DNA of 64,000 nt, taken from assembly GCA_038883775.1 (NCBI GenBank), contig JAVZLM010000009.1:18478-82477 (forward strand), in the 5' to 3' direction. The stretch is from Candidatus Bathyarchaeia archaeon (GTDB taxonomy: Archaea; Thermoproteota; Bathyarchaeia; Bathyarchaeales; Bathycorpusculaceae). Below are positions 31,165 through 41,024 of this stretch, piece after piece. A program made the translations under genes and the position numbers. Each line of letters begins with the position of its first letter. Position 1 is the stretch's first letter. The notes below the pieces were generated by a model. It did not search any database. It saw only the letters and a program-made list of their open reading frames with translations, and was not told the origin of the DNA.

Positions 31165-32157
31165 TTACAAGTCATAGACTAAGCCTGGAATTCTTGGAAA
31201 TGGTTGGGTTTCCCCTATATGTTTTGCTCCTACTATCCATGCAACCAGCCTTTCCACCCCTATACCAGCACCAGCTGAGGGCTTTAACCTTCCTTCTTTA
31301 GCCAATTGCAGCAATATCCTATAGTTTTCTTTTTTAATCTTGTCTCTTTCCATTTTCTTGATTATTTTCTCGTATTCCCATTCTCTTCTTCCACCAGATA
31401 GTACTTCGCCATATTTGGGGAGGAGTAAATCATAGTTGTCCCATGTGCCGCTTTCAAAGTCTTCGAAGTCGTAGAATTCTCTTGGGATATTTGTTATCCA
31501 TACTGGATGTTTGATTTCTTTTAATAGCCATTTTTCCCACGCATGCCCATAGCTTTTTTCAAGTTCTTTTCTGTCGTAAATTTTGAAGTGTGTTTCTGGA
31601 ATTGTCAGGTCATCGTATTTGCGGAGATACGTTAATTCTTCTTGCATATTGTTCCGTAAATGGCGTAATAATCCAACAAATATTTTCTCAACGAAGCTTC
31701 TGACATCTTCGGATTTAGCTTCTCTCATTTCGAAGTCCAATTGTGTAAATTCGTATGCGTGGATTCCAGTTTTTGCCCTTTCCGCCCTCTCTATTCTTAT
31801 GTTTGGAGATAACGTAAACAATTTTGGATGGACAAGAGATGATGCAACCATTTTCTGAACTATCATACTCAAGTTTGCCCTCACAGTTTCTCCATAAATT
31901 TCTACTTCAACCCGCTTATCGATTGAAGCATCAAGGTCTGGCCAGAGAGGGTCTGTTGATTTGGAAAATATTACGGGCAACAACCATTCAAAACCCTCTT
32001 TGATAAATTCTTCTGTAAGATATTTTAAAGCATAAGTCATTACTTTGCCAATACATTGTTTTCTCTCCAGTTCGCTTTTAGAAAGTTGTTCCAAAGGCCT
32101 TGGAATCTCGATGAGCCTTTCTTCCGCAACTGATAAAGGCTTCGGTCTCTTCGCCAT
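31165..32157 (-). CDS. Archaeal asparagine synthetase (AsnRS-like catalytic domain without anticodon domain)
   Basis: TDPLWPD, SPNIRIE, HAYEFTQLDFE, GEVLSGGRREW, SAGAGIGVERL, PFPRIPG. Confidence 0.88.
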   Translation of the reverse strand: MAKRPKPLSVAEERLIEIPRPLEQLSKSELERKQCIGKVMTYALKYLTEEFIKEGFEWLLPVIFSKSTDPLWPDLDASIDKRVEVEIYGETVRANLSMIVQKMVASSLVHPKLFTLSPNIRIERAERAKTGIHAYEFTQLDFEMREAKSEDVRSFVEKIFVGLLRHLRNNMQEELTYLRKYDDLTIPETHFKIYDRKELEKSYGHAWEKWLLKEIKHPVWITNIPREFYDFEDFESGTWDNYDLLLPKYGEVLSGGRREWEYEKIIKKMERDKIKKENYRILLQLAKEGRLKPSAGAGIGVERLVAWIVGAKHIGETQPFPRIPGLVYDL

Positions 32158-32221
32158 CCACTCACCTTAACTTGAATATCACCTGATTTGGGCAAATTTC
32201 AAATGTAAATCGCCATTATAA

Positions 32222-32250
32222 ACTTTTTATAAAAAATTCTGCAAAATTTT
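32222..32250. promoter_or_regulatory. Palindromic TATA/operator region between divergent Asn synthetase and Lrp genes
   Basis: TTTTTATAAAAA palindrome overlapping AAAAATT-CTGCAA-AATTTTT. Confidence 0.45.
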
Positions 32251-32295
32251 CAAAAAGTTAAATTTTTATATTTAGTTTTTGTAATAATTACAGTT

Positions 32296-32823
32296 ATGGA
32301 AGCGAAACTCGACGAGAAGGATTTTGCCATTCTCTCAATAATCCAAAATAATTGTAAACTTACCGCAAGAGAAATTGCAAGAAAAATAGATTCGCCAATT
32401 ACCACTGTTTTCGCAAAAATAAAACGAATGGAAGAGATGGGCATAATAAAAGATTATAGGGCAATCTTAGATTCGCAGAAGCTTAACAGCGGAACAACAG
32501 CTTTCATCCTCGCCTCAGTCTCCTACAGAACAAAGGATGATGCTACTTTGATTTCGCAAAGAGAAATCGCCGGGGAAATCGCCAAGTTTCCAGAAGTTCA
32601 AGAAGTGCACATTATAACGGGGGATTGGGATTTGCTGATAAAGATTAAGGCTGAGAATGTTGATGTTATAGGGAAGTTTGTTATTGACAAGTTGAGGCTT
32701 GTTAGGGGCATAGAGAAAACTTTGACGTGTATGGTTTTTGAAACTTGTAAAGAAACAACAGAGATACCAATCATGTTAAGGAAGAAAACAAGTAAATTAG
32801 AAGAAATAAAACATCAAAAATAA
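32296..32823 (+). CDS. Lrp/AsnC-family transcriptional regulator
   Basis: LDEKD..IL..., HTH, EVHIITGDWDLLIK. Confidence 0.92.
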   Translation: MEAKLDEKDFAILSIIQNNCKLTAREIARKIDSPITTVFAKIKRMEEMGIIKDYRAILDSQKLNSGTTAFILASVSYRTKDDATLISQREIAGEIAKFPEVQEVHIITGDWDLLIKIKAENVDVIGKFVIDKLRLVRGIEKTLTCMVFETCKETTEIPIMLRKKTSKLEEIKHQK

Positions 32824-32851
32824 AGGCGAAAAGGTTATGTTGTTTTCATCG

Positions 32852-33286
32852 TTATGAAGTTGAACTGCTTGAGTAATACAGTAATGGCAGCGCCAGAAGT
32901 GCTGTATTTCTTCCTTTCTTTGTAAGAAAATATTTTACTCTTAAAGGTGGTCCAGCCTCCACATTCCTTTCAACGTAACCATATTTTGTCAAACCTTTCA
33001 ATTTATCTGATAAAGTGCGTGAGTTTACGCCGAGAATATTTTTCAGTTCGTTGAAGCTACAGGTAATTTTTAAGAAGAGAGTATATAATATTTCGAGGTT
33101 CCATTTTTGGGATAGTAAGTTGAAGCTTTCTTCGAGGCTTTGTATGTCTTCCTTTAAATCATTTAGACTTATTTTTTGGCTTTCTAGTATGCGTCTAAGA
33201 GTGTCTTCTATTCCTTTAAGTGTTCTCTCAACCCGTTCTTCCACAAGTATGCGAAGTTCGCTGCTCATTGTTGTTTCGGGGTTCAT
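32852..33286 (-). CDS. HxlR-family winged-helix regulator
   Basis: KWNLEIL, FNELK...VNSRTLSDKLK, PPLRVKYFLT. Confidence 0.85.
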   Translation of the reverse strand: MNPETTMSSELRILVEERVERTLKGIEDTLRRILESQKISLNDLKEDIQSLEESFNLLSQKWNLEILYTLFLKITCSFNELKNILGVNSRTLSDKLKGLTKYGYVERNVEAGPPLRVKYFLTKKGRNTALLALPLLYYSSSSTS

Positions 33287-33389
33287 TTGTTTACACCAAG
33301 TGTGGTGTGGCTTACTTTAGGATTTATAAAGGTTTACTTATACAACAAGGTATAAAAAGTATATCTAATCCAAGGAGAGATGCAAAGCC

Positions 33390-34751
33390 TTGGAAAAGTT
33401 TGATGCAATTGTAGTGGGAGCTGGAACGGGTGGCTGTTTAGCTGCAAAAACCATGGCTGAAGCCGGCTTAAAAGTTTGTTTAGTAGAGAGAAAGAGGAGG
33501 GAGGAGATTGGAGAGAAAATATGCGGAGACGCTCTTGGAGAGCATCACTTGAAAAGTTTGGGCTTAGAAAAACCGCAGAGCGGCGAACTTGAAAAAAGAA
33601 TAGAGGGCATCAAGATTTACTCGCCAGATTTGGAAACAATCTTCACCGTAAAGCATGAGGATTTTGTTGGTTACTTATTGAATAGGCGGCTTTTTGGTCA
33701 GTGGCTTTTGAGAAAAGCTCTTGATAAAGGCACGGTGCTTTTGGATTCAACACAATGTTTAGAACCCATAATTGAGAAGCATTTTGTGTTTGGAGTTTTT
33801 GCAAAGGACTTGAAAAGTGACAGAAAAATTGAGTTGAAGGGTAAAGTGGTTGTTGATGCAAGCGGTTTCATGGGTGTAGTTAGGCGAAAACTTCCCAAAG
33901 AGATGGGAATAGAAAATGAAGTTGCAAACGAGGACGTGGAAGCGTGCTATAGGGAAATAAGACAGCTTAAACAAGAAACTGACGAGATGAATTACTGTGA
34001 AATCTACTTGAATCAAAAGGTAACTCCAGGCGGCTACACATGGATTTTCTACAAAAGCAGCGCAAAAGTTAATGCAGGTCTTGGAGTTTGCATGAGAGGC
34101 AAGTTTCCAAACCCAAAAAACCAGTTCTATAAACACATCCTAACAAAACCACTTTTTGAGGGTTCCCTACTTCTAAACGGAGGCGCATGGTATGACCCAA
34201 CACGCAGACCATTAGACAACATGGTTGGAAACGGGGTAGCCATCATAGGCGATGCAGCATGCCTCGTAAACCCAATTCACGGAGGCGGAATAGGTCCCTC
34301 AATGCTAAGCGGTTACCTCGCTGGACAAGCAATAGTTAAAGCTTTGGAAAAGGGCGATGTAAGCCAAAAGTCTTTGTGGTCGTATAATGTGGAGTATATG
34401 AAGAAATATGGGACGAAACAGGCGGGACTTGATGTTTTTCGCATATTGCTTTTGACTTGTCATGATGACGATTTAAACTATGGAATGAAGTATAAACTGT
34501 TGACTGAAGAGGATGTTTTAAAGGCTGGTTTAGGCGAAGAATTCCACCTTAAAATAACTGAAACTGCCAAACGAGTTTTCAGAGGGTTGAAGAGGATACG
34601 TTTTCTTAATAGGCTTAGGCTTACAGTTAACCTCATGAACCATGTTAAAGAACATTACCGAAACTATCCAGAAAATCCTGAAAACTTCAGAGAATGGCAA
34701 ATGAAAACACAAGCCTTGTTTAAAGAAGCTAAATCTAAACTGTTGGAGTAA
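33390..34751 (+). CDS. Geranylgeranyl reductase family flavoprotein (DGGR)
   Basis: VGAGTGG, KICGD, PGGYTWIF, GDAA..VNPIHGGGI. Confidence 0.88.
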   Translation: MEKFDAIVVGAGTGGCLAAKTMAEAGLKVCLVERKRREEIGEKICGDALGEHHLKSLGLEKPQSGELEKRIEGIKIYSPDLETIFTVKHEDFVGYLLNRRLFGQWLLRKALDKGTVLLDSTQCLEPIIEKHFVFGVFAKDLKSDRKIELKGKVVVDASGFMGVVRRKLPKEMGIENEVANEDVEACYREIRQLKQETDEMNYCEIYLNQKVTPGGYTWIFYKSSAKVNAGLGVCMRGKFPNPKNQFYKHILTKPLFEGSLLLNGGAWYDPTRRPLDNMVGNGVAIIGDAACLVNPIHGGGIGPSMLSGYLAGQAIVKALEKGDVSQKSLWSYNVEYMKKYGTKQAGLDVFRILLLTCHDDDLNYGMKYKLLTEEDVLKAGLGEEFHLKITETAKRVFRGLKRIRFLNRLRLTVNLMNHVKEHYRNYPENPENFREWQMKTQALFKEAKSKLLE

Positions 34752-34763
34752 TGCTGGGCTCTT

Positions 34764-35435
34764 ATGCGAGTTGCAGTTTTAGCCACCGGCGGAAAAGACT
34801 CCACTTTGGCGCTTCAGAAAGTATTAAGTCAAGGTTATGAAGTGAAGTGTTTAGTTAGTATGATTCCATTAAGGGAAGACAGTTGGATGTTCCATTACCC
34901 AAACATTCGCCTAGTAGACCTATTTTCAAAAGCAGTAGAAATCCCACTTGTAAAGGCTGAAACTTCTGGGATTAAAGAAAGAGAAGTTGAAGACCTCAAG
35001 CGGGTTATTGAAAAACTTGACATTGACGCCATAGTTTCAGGGGCCATAGCCTCCAACTACCAAAAAACAAGAGTTGAAAAAATCTGCCAACAGTTAGAAT
35101 TGAAATGTTTAACGCCCCTTTGGCAAAGAAATCCCATAGAAATCTTAGAAGAAATCGTGAACCTTAAATTCCATGTTATCATAACTGGAGTTTACGCTCT
35201 TGGCTTTAGCAGAGAATGGCTTGGAAGGAAAATTGACGAAAAAACAATAAAAGCCTTAAAAGAATTGAATAGGCAGTATGGCGTTTCAATTGTTGGTGAA
35301 GGGGGAGAATATGAGACTCTAGTGCTTGACGCACCATTCTTCAAAAAAAGAATAAAAATTGTTGAAGCAGAAAAAATTTGGAAAAACCAAACAGGCTACA
35401 TTCTTATTACAAGTGCAAGACTTGAAAGCAAATGA
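34764..35435 (+). CDS. dph6: Diphthine--ammonia ligase (Dph6 family PP-loop ATPase)
   Basis: TGGKDS, SWMFHYPN, GAIASNYQ, GEGGEYETLVLDAP. Confidence 0.85.
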   Translation: MRVAVLATGGKDSTLALQKVLSQGYEVKCLVSMIPLREDSWMFHYPNIRLVDLFSKAVEIPLVKAETSGIKEREVEDLKRVIEKLDIDAIVSGAIASNYQKTRVEKICQQLELKCLTPLWQRNPIEILEEIVNLKFHVIITGVYALGFSREWLGRKIDEKTIKALKELNRQYGVSIVGEGGEYETLVLDAPFFKKRIKIVEAEKIWKNQTGYILITSARLESK

Positions 35436-35559
35436 GCAGAAGCAAACCTTAATTTTTTATTTGTAAAGTGTATGTCTCACATACTTACTCCCTAAAGCCT
35501 ATTTCTATTTTATTTTAGATTTGGCGATGAAAAGAAACTCCATGTATTCGCAGACCTAT

Positions 35560-35580
35560 CTAGAGAATTAGATTCTCTAG
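35560..35580. promoter_or_regulatory. Perfect 9-bp inverted repeat (putative operator/hairpin)
   Basis: CTAGAGAAT-TAG-ATTCTCTAG upstream of ATG 35610. Confidence 0.5.
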
Positions 35581-35609
35581 TGAAGGATGGAGGAAATAGA
35601 GAGATAAGT

Positions 35610-36149
35610 ATGAGAAAATACATAACCATACGCAGCATAGAAGTGCATGTAGGCTTTATTATTATGTTCCTTATTGTTATATTGCTCTCTTGTGCTTTAG
35701 CTACGGTGTACTACACTAAAACCATTGATCATCGAGCGAGCATAACAACTGATGGAAAGATACAAGCTTATTTAGACGCCCAATGCAGTCAGATATTAGA
35801 TAGTCATGATTGGAGTACTTTCAATACGTCTTCTGGAGATGAATCAAGGTTCTTAGATTTTTACCTTAAGAATGAGGGCAATGTGGAAGTAAATGTCACA
35901 TGGATAGCTCTAAATTTTACAATTTATAATGCGACGGAAATACGGTACGAAACTCAGTACTGGGAATTATATCTGGTCACTGTGGATGGAAGCGAGGTGA
36001 AAATTAGACCAGAAAATGACACCACTCCAGATAAACTGCATTTATCTCCAGGACAAGCAGTTCATCTTAGATTCTACCTTACAGCTAAACAGAACAGCCC
36101 TCCCGATGATTTTACATTTTCAACATCCTTTCATTCAAAAGATGATTAG
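35610..36149 (+). CDS. Secreted/membrane-anchored beta-sandwich protein, unknown function
   Basis: N-terminal hydrophobic helix, YLKNEGNVEV and LSPGQAV Ig-like motifs, N-sequons. Confidence 0.65.
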   Translation: MRKYITIRSIEVHVGFIIMFLIVILLSCALATVYYTKTIDHRASITTDGKIQAYLDAQCSQILDSHDWSTFNTSSGDESRFLDFYLKNEGNVEVNVTWIALNFTIYNATEIRYETQYWELYLVTVDGSEVKIRPENDTTPDKLHLSPGQAVHLRFYLTAKQNSPPDDFTFSTSFHSKDD

Positions 36150-36235
36150 GAATCGCTTCTTCCTAAAGAGCGCATTTTATAGCTACTAAGCGTGAGCTTT
36201 ATAGTTTTCAACGTGCATTTATTTTTGGGAGCCTT

Positions 36236-37471
36236 ATGGTTGAAGAAAACGACATAATAGAATTTCTCAAGGGTCATGAGGGAAAAGCATCCTTAAATGA
36301 TATAGCAACAGGTTTGGGAATACCAAAGTATGGACCAAACTCAGCTTATGCCCTTTTACAATCCCTGAAAAATAAGGGGGTCGTGGAACGCCGTGGCGAA
36401 CTCTGGACGCTTATTATGGAGGAAGTTAAGCTAAAAGAAAAGGCTGCAGCGCCCGCGCAAGCACCCTCAGCGGCTGTGGAAAAGGAGGCGGCTATGCCAG
36501 ATGTTGAAAAGATTATGAAAGCCATGGCGAAAACTATCACTGAAGCCATGAAAGGCGCCCAAGTTCCGCCAGACGAGTGGGAATTGGCAACCAAACCAAT
36601 GACAACAAAAATTGAAAGAAAAGAGGAAAAGCTAAGCGCTTTTGTATTAAGGCCAGATGAGGCTGTGGAAGCCAAAAAACCCTTATTAGGATTTCCAACA
36701 GGCACATATATAGACTATTTCTTCCTAACGCCGGAAGGAAAACCCCTCAATGGACTGCCAATTTGTGGGCAATTTGCCATAACAGGCTTGCCAGGAGCTG
36801 GAAAATCAATTCTTGTTGAAGAAATAGCCGTGAGGGTGGCGGCTTCTGGAAGAAAAGTGCTTTATGCTACAGCGGAGGACACTTGGAAAAGCGCTACTCC
36901 ACGCTTTGACTTACAATCACGCTTAAAACAGAAAGCGGAAATTTTGGGTTTAGACTGGAATAAAATACGCGAAAATCTTTTCGTGCTTGACACGGTGGCT
37001 TATCCTGAACTTCGCGACTGGAGCACTTTTGCGGAAACGTATCGTTACGTTGCGGAGAAGGAAAAGATAGAATTAGCAATAATTGATTCTGTTACTGTTC
37101 TTGAAGCTTATCGTGGAGCACTAAAATATCGTGTCATGGAACTAGCCAGATACAACCAAGTCCACGGCATAACAGCCCTATACGTTAACCAGCGAAGCTC
37201 TGAAGTTTGGGACAGCTATGACATGGCTGGTGGAATAGGTTTAGCCCACAACCTAGACGGAACAATAATAGTGGATTATGGGCGTGTTTATTGGCAAGAC
37301 CAGCAAGTGGATTTAGCCGTTAACAGAGGCGAATTCGTCCGCATCTCACGAGTCTTAGATTGTAGAATGTGCAATTTTGAGAGGAGAAGAATAAAGGTTG
37401 ACATAACACCCGACGGCTTTCTAAGAGCCATGGAGCCCATACCAAAGGTGGAAGCAACAAAACAGCAGTGA
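36236..37471 (+). CDS. RecA-superfamily KaiC/RAD55-like ATPase with N-terminal winged-helix domain
   Basis: Walker A GLPGAGKS, IIDSVT Walker B, AGGIGLAHNLDGTII (resembles the AF_0795-type KaiC domain); N-terminal ASLNDIATGLGI...GVVERRGELW. Confidence 0.8.
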   Translation: MVEENDIIEFLKGHEGKASLNDIATGLGIPKYGPNSAYALLQSLKNKGVVERRGELWTLIMEEVKLKEKAAAPAQAPSAAVEKEAAMPDVEKIMKAMAKTITEAMKGAQVPPDEWELATKPMTTKIERKEEKLSAFVLRPDEAVEAKKPLLGFPTGTYIDYFFLTPEGKPLNGLPICGQFAITGLPGAGKSILVEEIAVRVAASGRKVLYATAEDTWKSATPRFDLQSRLKQKAEILGLDWNKIRENLFVLDTVAYPELRDWSTFAETYRYVAEKEKIELAIIDSVTVLEAYRGALKYRVMELARYNQVHGITALYVNQRSSEVWDSYDMAGGIGLAHNLDGTIIVDYGRVYWQDQQVDLAVNRGEFVRISRVLDCRMCNFERRRIKVDITPDGFLRAMEPIPKVEATKQQ

Positions 37472-37480
37472 AATTGCAAT

Positions 37481-39277
37481 ATGTCAACAGTCAAACCGCC
37501 TTCCTTCGAAGAACTTGTTAAGGCATATGGCTCGCCAAGAAAAGCGGTGCTTCACTTAATAGAAGTTGGGTTTTCACCAGAACAGATGACATGGAAAATT
37601 GGAATACCATATCATCGCATATGGCTCTACATGGAAGGAATAGAACCAAAAATAGTAGTGCCATTTTCAAAAATCGTGGAAGTTTACGAACGCCTCGCAG
37701 TCTTACGCGGAAAAAAGGGAAAAGAAACCGAACTAACAAAATTTTTCCAAAATGAAGATTTGCCCTTAGGAATTAAAGCACGCTTCGCCCTTGGAACAAT
37801 AACAGAAGAGAGCCTAAAGATTGGACCTGGTTTAATTGAAAGGAGCATAAGCCTAGCCACTGACACCCCGCTAAGTGATGTTAGAAAACTTTTAATAGAT
37901 TATGGAGAACACGGCGAAGTTGCATACTTGCTAAAAAAGCCTAAAAATCCAGAATTAACCGTTGGAGAAATCTATGAAGCCATTAAATTTTTGCCAAAAT
38001 TGGAAAGGATTATGGAACGAGAACTTTACATCTCAAGTCTTCTGCGAATAAGCACGCCAACAGAAGCAAAATACATCGTCAGGCTTCTTCTTGGAGATTT
38101 AAAACTCGGCTATTACGCCAGCACAGTTGTTAGAGCTGTGGCAAGAGCCTACGGAGTGCCGCCCCAACTAATTGAAAATGCCTCCGCCATATTGGGGTTA
38201 CCAGAAGCCATGACACTGGCATCGGAAGGAGCGCTTAAACTTTCAGAGGTTAAAATGCGCCCCGGACAATTCATTAAACCCCAACTTGCTCACCTTTACG
38301 AGCCAGACAAAGTGGTTTATCCAGCCAGAGCAGAGTATAAACTGGATGGAAGCAGACTTCAAATCCATAAGTGGGGCACCCAAATTTGGCTTTACTCAAG
38401 ACGGGGCGTTGAAAAATCCCAAACGCTGCCCGAAATAGTGCAAATAGCTGAAAATTTTAAGGCGCAAAGCTGCATTGTGGACAGCGAAGTCATAGCCACG
38501 GACGATTCTGGAAATCCCCTACCATTCCAAACATTGCTTGAAAGGACAGTCCCAAGAGAACTCACACCAGAAGAACTGGAAGAGAGAAAAAGAAAAGTTA
38601 AGGTTACCATTAAAGCCTTTGACATACTATTCCTAAACGGTCAAGAACTTGTGAACTTGCCCCTTTCAAGTAGACGAAAATACCTCTTAGAAGTTGTCCC
38701 AACAGAATATATTGTGGAAGGTGTTGACTGCCAAAGCGAAGTTGAGCTTATGCGCTTTTACGAAGAAGCTCTAAAGAAAAAATTTGAAGGAATAGTTGTA
38801 AAAAACTTGAGTTCGCCATACGAAATTGGACAACGCACGTACACATGGCTTAAACTTAAACCAGAACGAGACACAATAGACTGCACAATAGTAAAAGCCC
38901 TCTACGGAAAGGGCAGAAGGGCAGGCCTATACTCATCTTTTATGCTTGCAGTCCGCGACCCCACAGAAAAGAAGCTTTACACAATCGGCAAAGTTTCAAA
39001 CCTACCAGAAGAAACCATGGACGCCCTAAGAACAATAGTTGAAAACACAAAAACAGGGGAAGATGAAGAAGGTGTATTCGTAAAACCTTCATTGGTGGCT
39101 GAGGTTACATATCAAGAAATTCAAGAAACAGATGAATACACAAGCGGTTTCGCCCTAAGAGTGCCAAAAATCGTTAGATTTAGAATGGACAAAACTGTTA
39201 ACGAGATGGATAGTATTGAAAAGTTGAGAAAGCTTTACGAGTTACAGTATGAGCGTTATCCATCAAACACCTTGTAG
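37481..39277 (+). CDS. lig: ATP-dependent DNA ligase with N-terminal HTH-like extension
   Basis: Motifs I EYKLDGSR, III VDSEV, IIIa FDIL, IV EGIVVK, V WLKLK, VI LRVPKIVRFRMDK. Confidence 0.9.
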   Translation: MSTVKPPSFEELVKAYGSPRKAVLHLIEVGFSPEQMTWKIGIPYHRIWLYMEGIEPKIVVPFSKIVEVYERLAVLRGKKGKETELTKFFQNEDLPLGIKARFALGTITEESLKIGPGLIERSISLATDTPLSDVRKLLIDYGEHGEVAYLLKKPKNPELTVGEIYEAIKFLPKLERIMERELYISSLLRISTPTEAKYIVRLLLGDLKLGYYASTVVRAVARAYGVPPQLIENASAILGLPEAMTLASEGALKLSEVKMRPGQFIKPQLAHLYEPDKVVYPARAEYKLDGSRLQIHKWGTQIWLYSRRGVEKSQTLPEIVQIAENFKAQSCIVDSEVIATDDSGNPLPFQTLLERTVPRELTPEELEERKRKVKVTIKAFDILFLNGQELVNLPLSSRRKYLLEVVPTEYIVEGVDCQSEVELMRFYEEALKKKFEGIVVKNLSSPYEIGQRTYTWLKLKPERDTIDCTIVKALYGKGRRAGLYSSFMLAVRDPTEKKLYTIGKVSNLPEETMDALRTIVENTKTGEDEEGVFVKPSLVAEVTYQEIQETDEYTSGFALRVPKIVRFRMDKTVNEMDSIEKLRKLYELQYERYPSNTL

Positions 39278-39288
39278 AACTTTAATAG

Positions 39289-40029
39289 TTAAATTTCTCG
39301 CCATCTTGCCTTAGCCGCCGTTATAACAGCAAAAACCACCGTGCTAACCATCAGAATTAACCATCTAGCTATAACCATCTCAAAAGGCAAGTTTAAGGAA
39401 ACCGAATACACTCTAATTAGACTAGCTGCATTGGATGTTGGAAAAACTGCAGATATCCAGCTAAAATTTCCCAAGATTTCTTCTGGATAGTATACTGGTG
39501 GAATAAAACACAATGCTATGCCAAGAATATTGGAAATGTTGTTTAGCGTGTATGTGCTTGCCTTCTGAAGGTAAGTAGAAATTAGGAAACCAGCACTGCT
39601 TACGGTTGCCCAGCACAGAATTAATGCTATCGCCGTCCATAATAAAGAGTATGGCGTTAATGCACCTAGCCATAAGGCCATAACTTCAAAAAAGATTAAG
39701 CTTGGTATGGAAAGGATTAGGGGTGCTAAGGCTATTCCTAAGGCGTATGATATGGGATGAACCGGCATAGCGACAATCATTTCTCTTATTTTTACATACC
39801 TATCCCATGACATTTCTTGGATGGCAGCATTAATTCCAATGTAACTAACTGTTGAAACCATCGCACCAATTAACCCAAATGTTATTTGTCCACCGAAAAT
39901 TAAAATAAAATATAGAGGAAGCGAACTTATGAGTCCTATGACAAAAATGATTAATGGTTGCCTTTTCAGGTCGGGTATGGATTTTAGGGCGGTGATGACG
40001 AATATATCTTTTAACATTTTAAGGTTCAA
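39289..40029 (-). CDS. ABC-2 type transporter permease
   Basis: 6 TMs, PPVYYP...P motif; overlaps the ATPase stop. Confidence 0.85.
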   Translation of the reverse strand: MNLKMLKDIFVITALKSIPDLKRQPLIIFVIGLISSLPLYFILIFGGQITFGLIGAMVSTVSYIGINAAIQEMSWDRYVKIREMIVAMPVHPISYALGIALAPLILSIPSLIFFEVMALWLGALTPYSLLWTAIALILCWATVSSAGFLISTYLQKASTYTLNNISNILGIALCFIPPVYYPEEILGNFSWISAVFPTSNAASLIRVYSVSLNLPFEMVIARWLILMVSTVVFAVITAAKARWREI

Positions 40030-40937
40030 TCCATTTCGCCTCCAACAAGACTTACAAAAACATCTTCAAGCGTAACCGGCGCAGTTTCAGCCTTCAAACC
40101 CTTTTTAATGGCTTTGCTAACAAGCTCTACGGCTTCGTCCTCATTTTTTACATAGATTATGTGTTTGTTTCCAAATCTTACTATGTTGTTGCTTTTTTCT
40201 GTTAGGCCTAAATCTTTAAGGTTTCCTTCTATGACAACCCTGAACCTTTCTTTTGCTAAACTTTTTATTTGTTCTGGTGTTCCTTCAGCCACCACAACAC
40301 CTTTGTGGATTATGGCGAGCCTATCCGAAACCATTTCAGCCTCTTCCATAATATGCGTTGTCAAAACTATGGTTTTTCCCTGTTCAACCATTTCCCTTAA
40401 AACAGTCCAAACATTTCTTCTTGCAACAGCATCTAAACCACTTGTTGGTTCGTCAAGCATCAAAACTTCAGCATCAGAAGCCAGAACTGAAGCAATTATT
40501 GCACGTCTTCTCTCACCTCCGGAAAGCGTTGCACATGTTCGATTTCTTAAATCCCAAAGCTCAACAGCTTTCAAAGCCTTTTCAGCTTTCTCTGACACTT
40601 TATTTTTTGGTATTCCGCGAAGAAGCGAAAAGTAATAACAATATTCCCATGGTGTAAAATTGCCATAAGTAGCCACATCCTGCGGAACAACGGCTATATG
40701 CTTACGCACTTCATCAGGTTGCGTTAACACATCATAATCCAAAACATAGGCTTCTCCTTTTGTCGGCAAAAGTTGAGTGGAAACAATTCTGAGGAAAGTT
40801 GTTTTGCCCGCGCCGTTTGGACCCAACAATGTGAAAAGTTCACCTTTCCTTATGGAGATGGATACATTTTTTAAAGCCTCAACTTCTTCCTTGCTATGAT
40901 AAACCTTGTGAAGGTTTATGGATTTTACAACTTCCAT
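40026..40937 (-). CDS. ABC exporter ATP-binding protein (DrrA-like)
   Basis: GPNGAGKT, LSGGE, LDEPTSGLD, TTH. Confidence 0.93.
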   Translation of the reverse strand: MEVVKSINLHKVYHSKEEVEALKNVSISIRKGELFTLLGPNGAGKTTFLRIVSTQLLPTKGEAYVLDYDVLTQPDEVRKHIAVVPQDVATYGNFTPWEYCYYFSLLRGIPKNKVSEKAEKALKAVELWDLRNRTCATLSGGERRRAIIASVLASDAEVLMLDEPTSGLDAVARRNVWTVLREMVEQGKTIVLTTHIMEEAEMVSDRLAIIHKGVVVAEGTPEQIKSLAKERFRVVIEGNLKDLGLTEKSNNIVRFGNKHIIYVKNEDEAVELVSKAIKKGLKAETAPVTLEDVFVSLVGGEMD

Positions 40938-41024
40938 TAGGCTTCCCCATATTCTTGAAATAGGATTTGTTGGACACTAAAGTTAAGGTCTCTTGGCAAA
41001 AGTGAACACAAACTTGGTCACTTT

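Noticed and set aside
36236-37471. Circadian KaiC clock
   Set aside because: Single RecA domain and no kaiA/kaiB nearby
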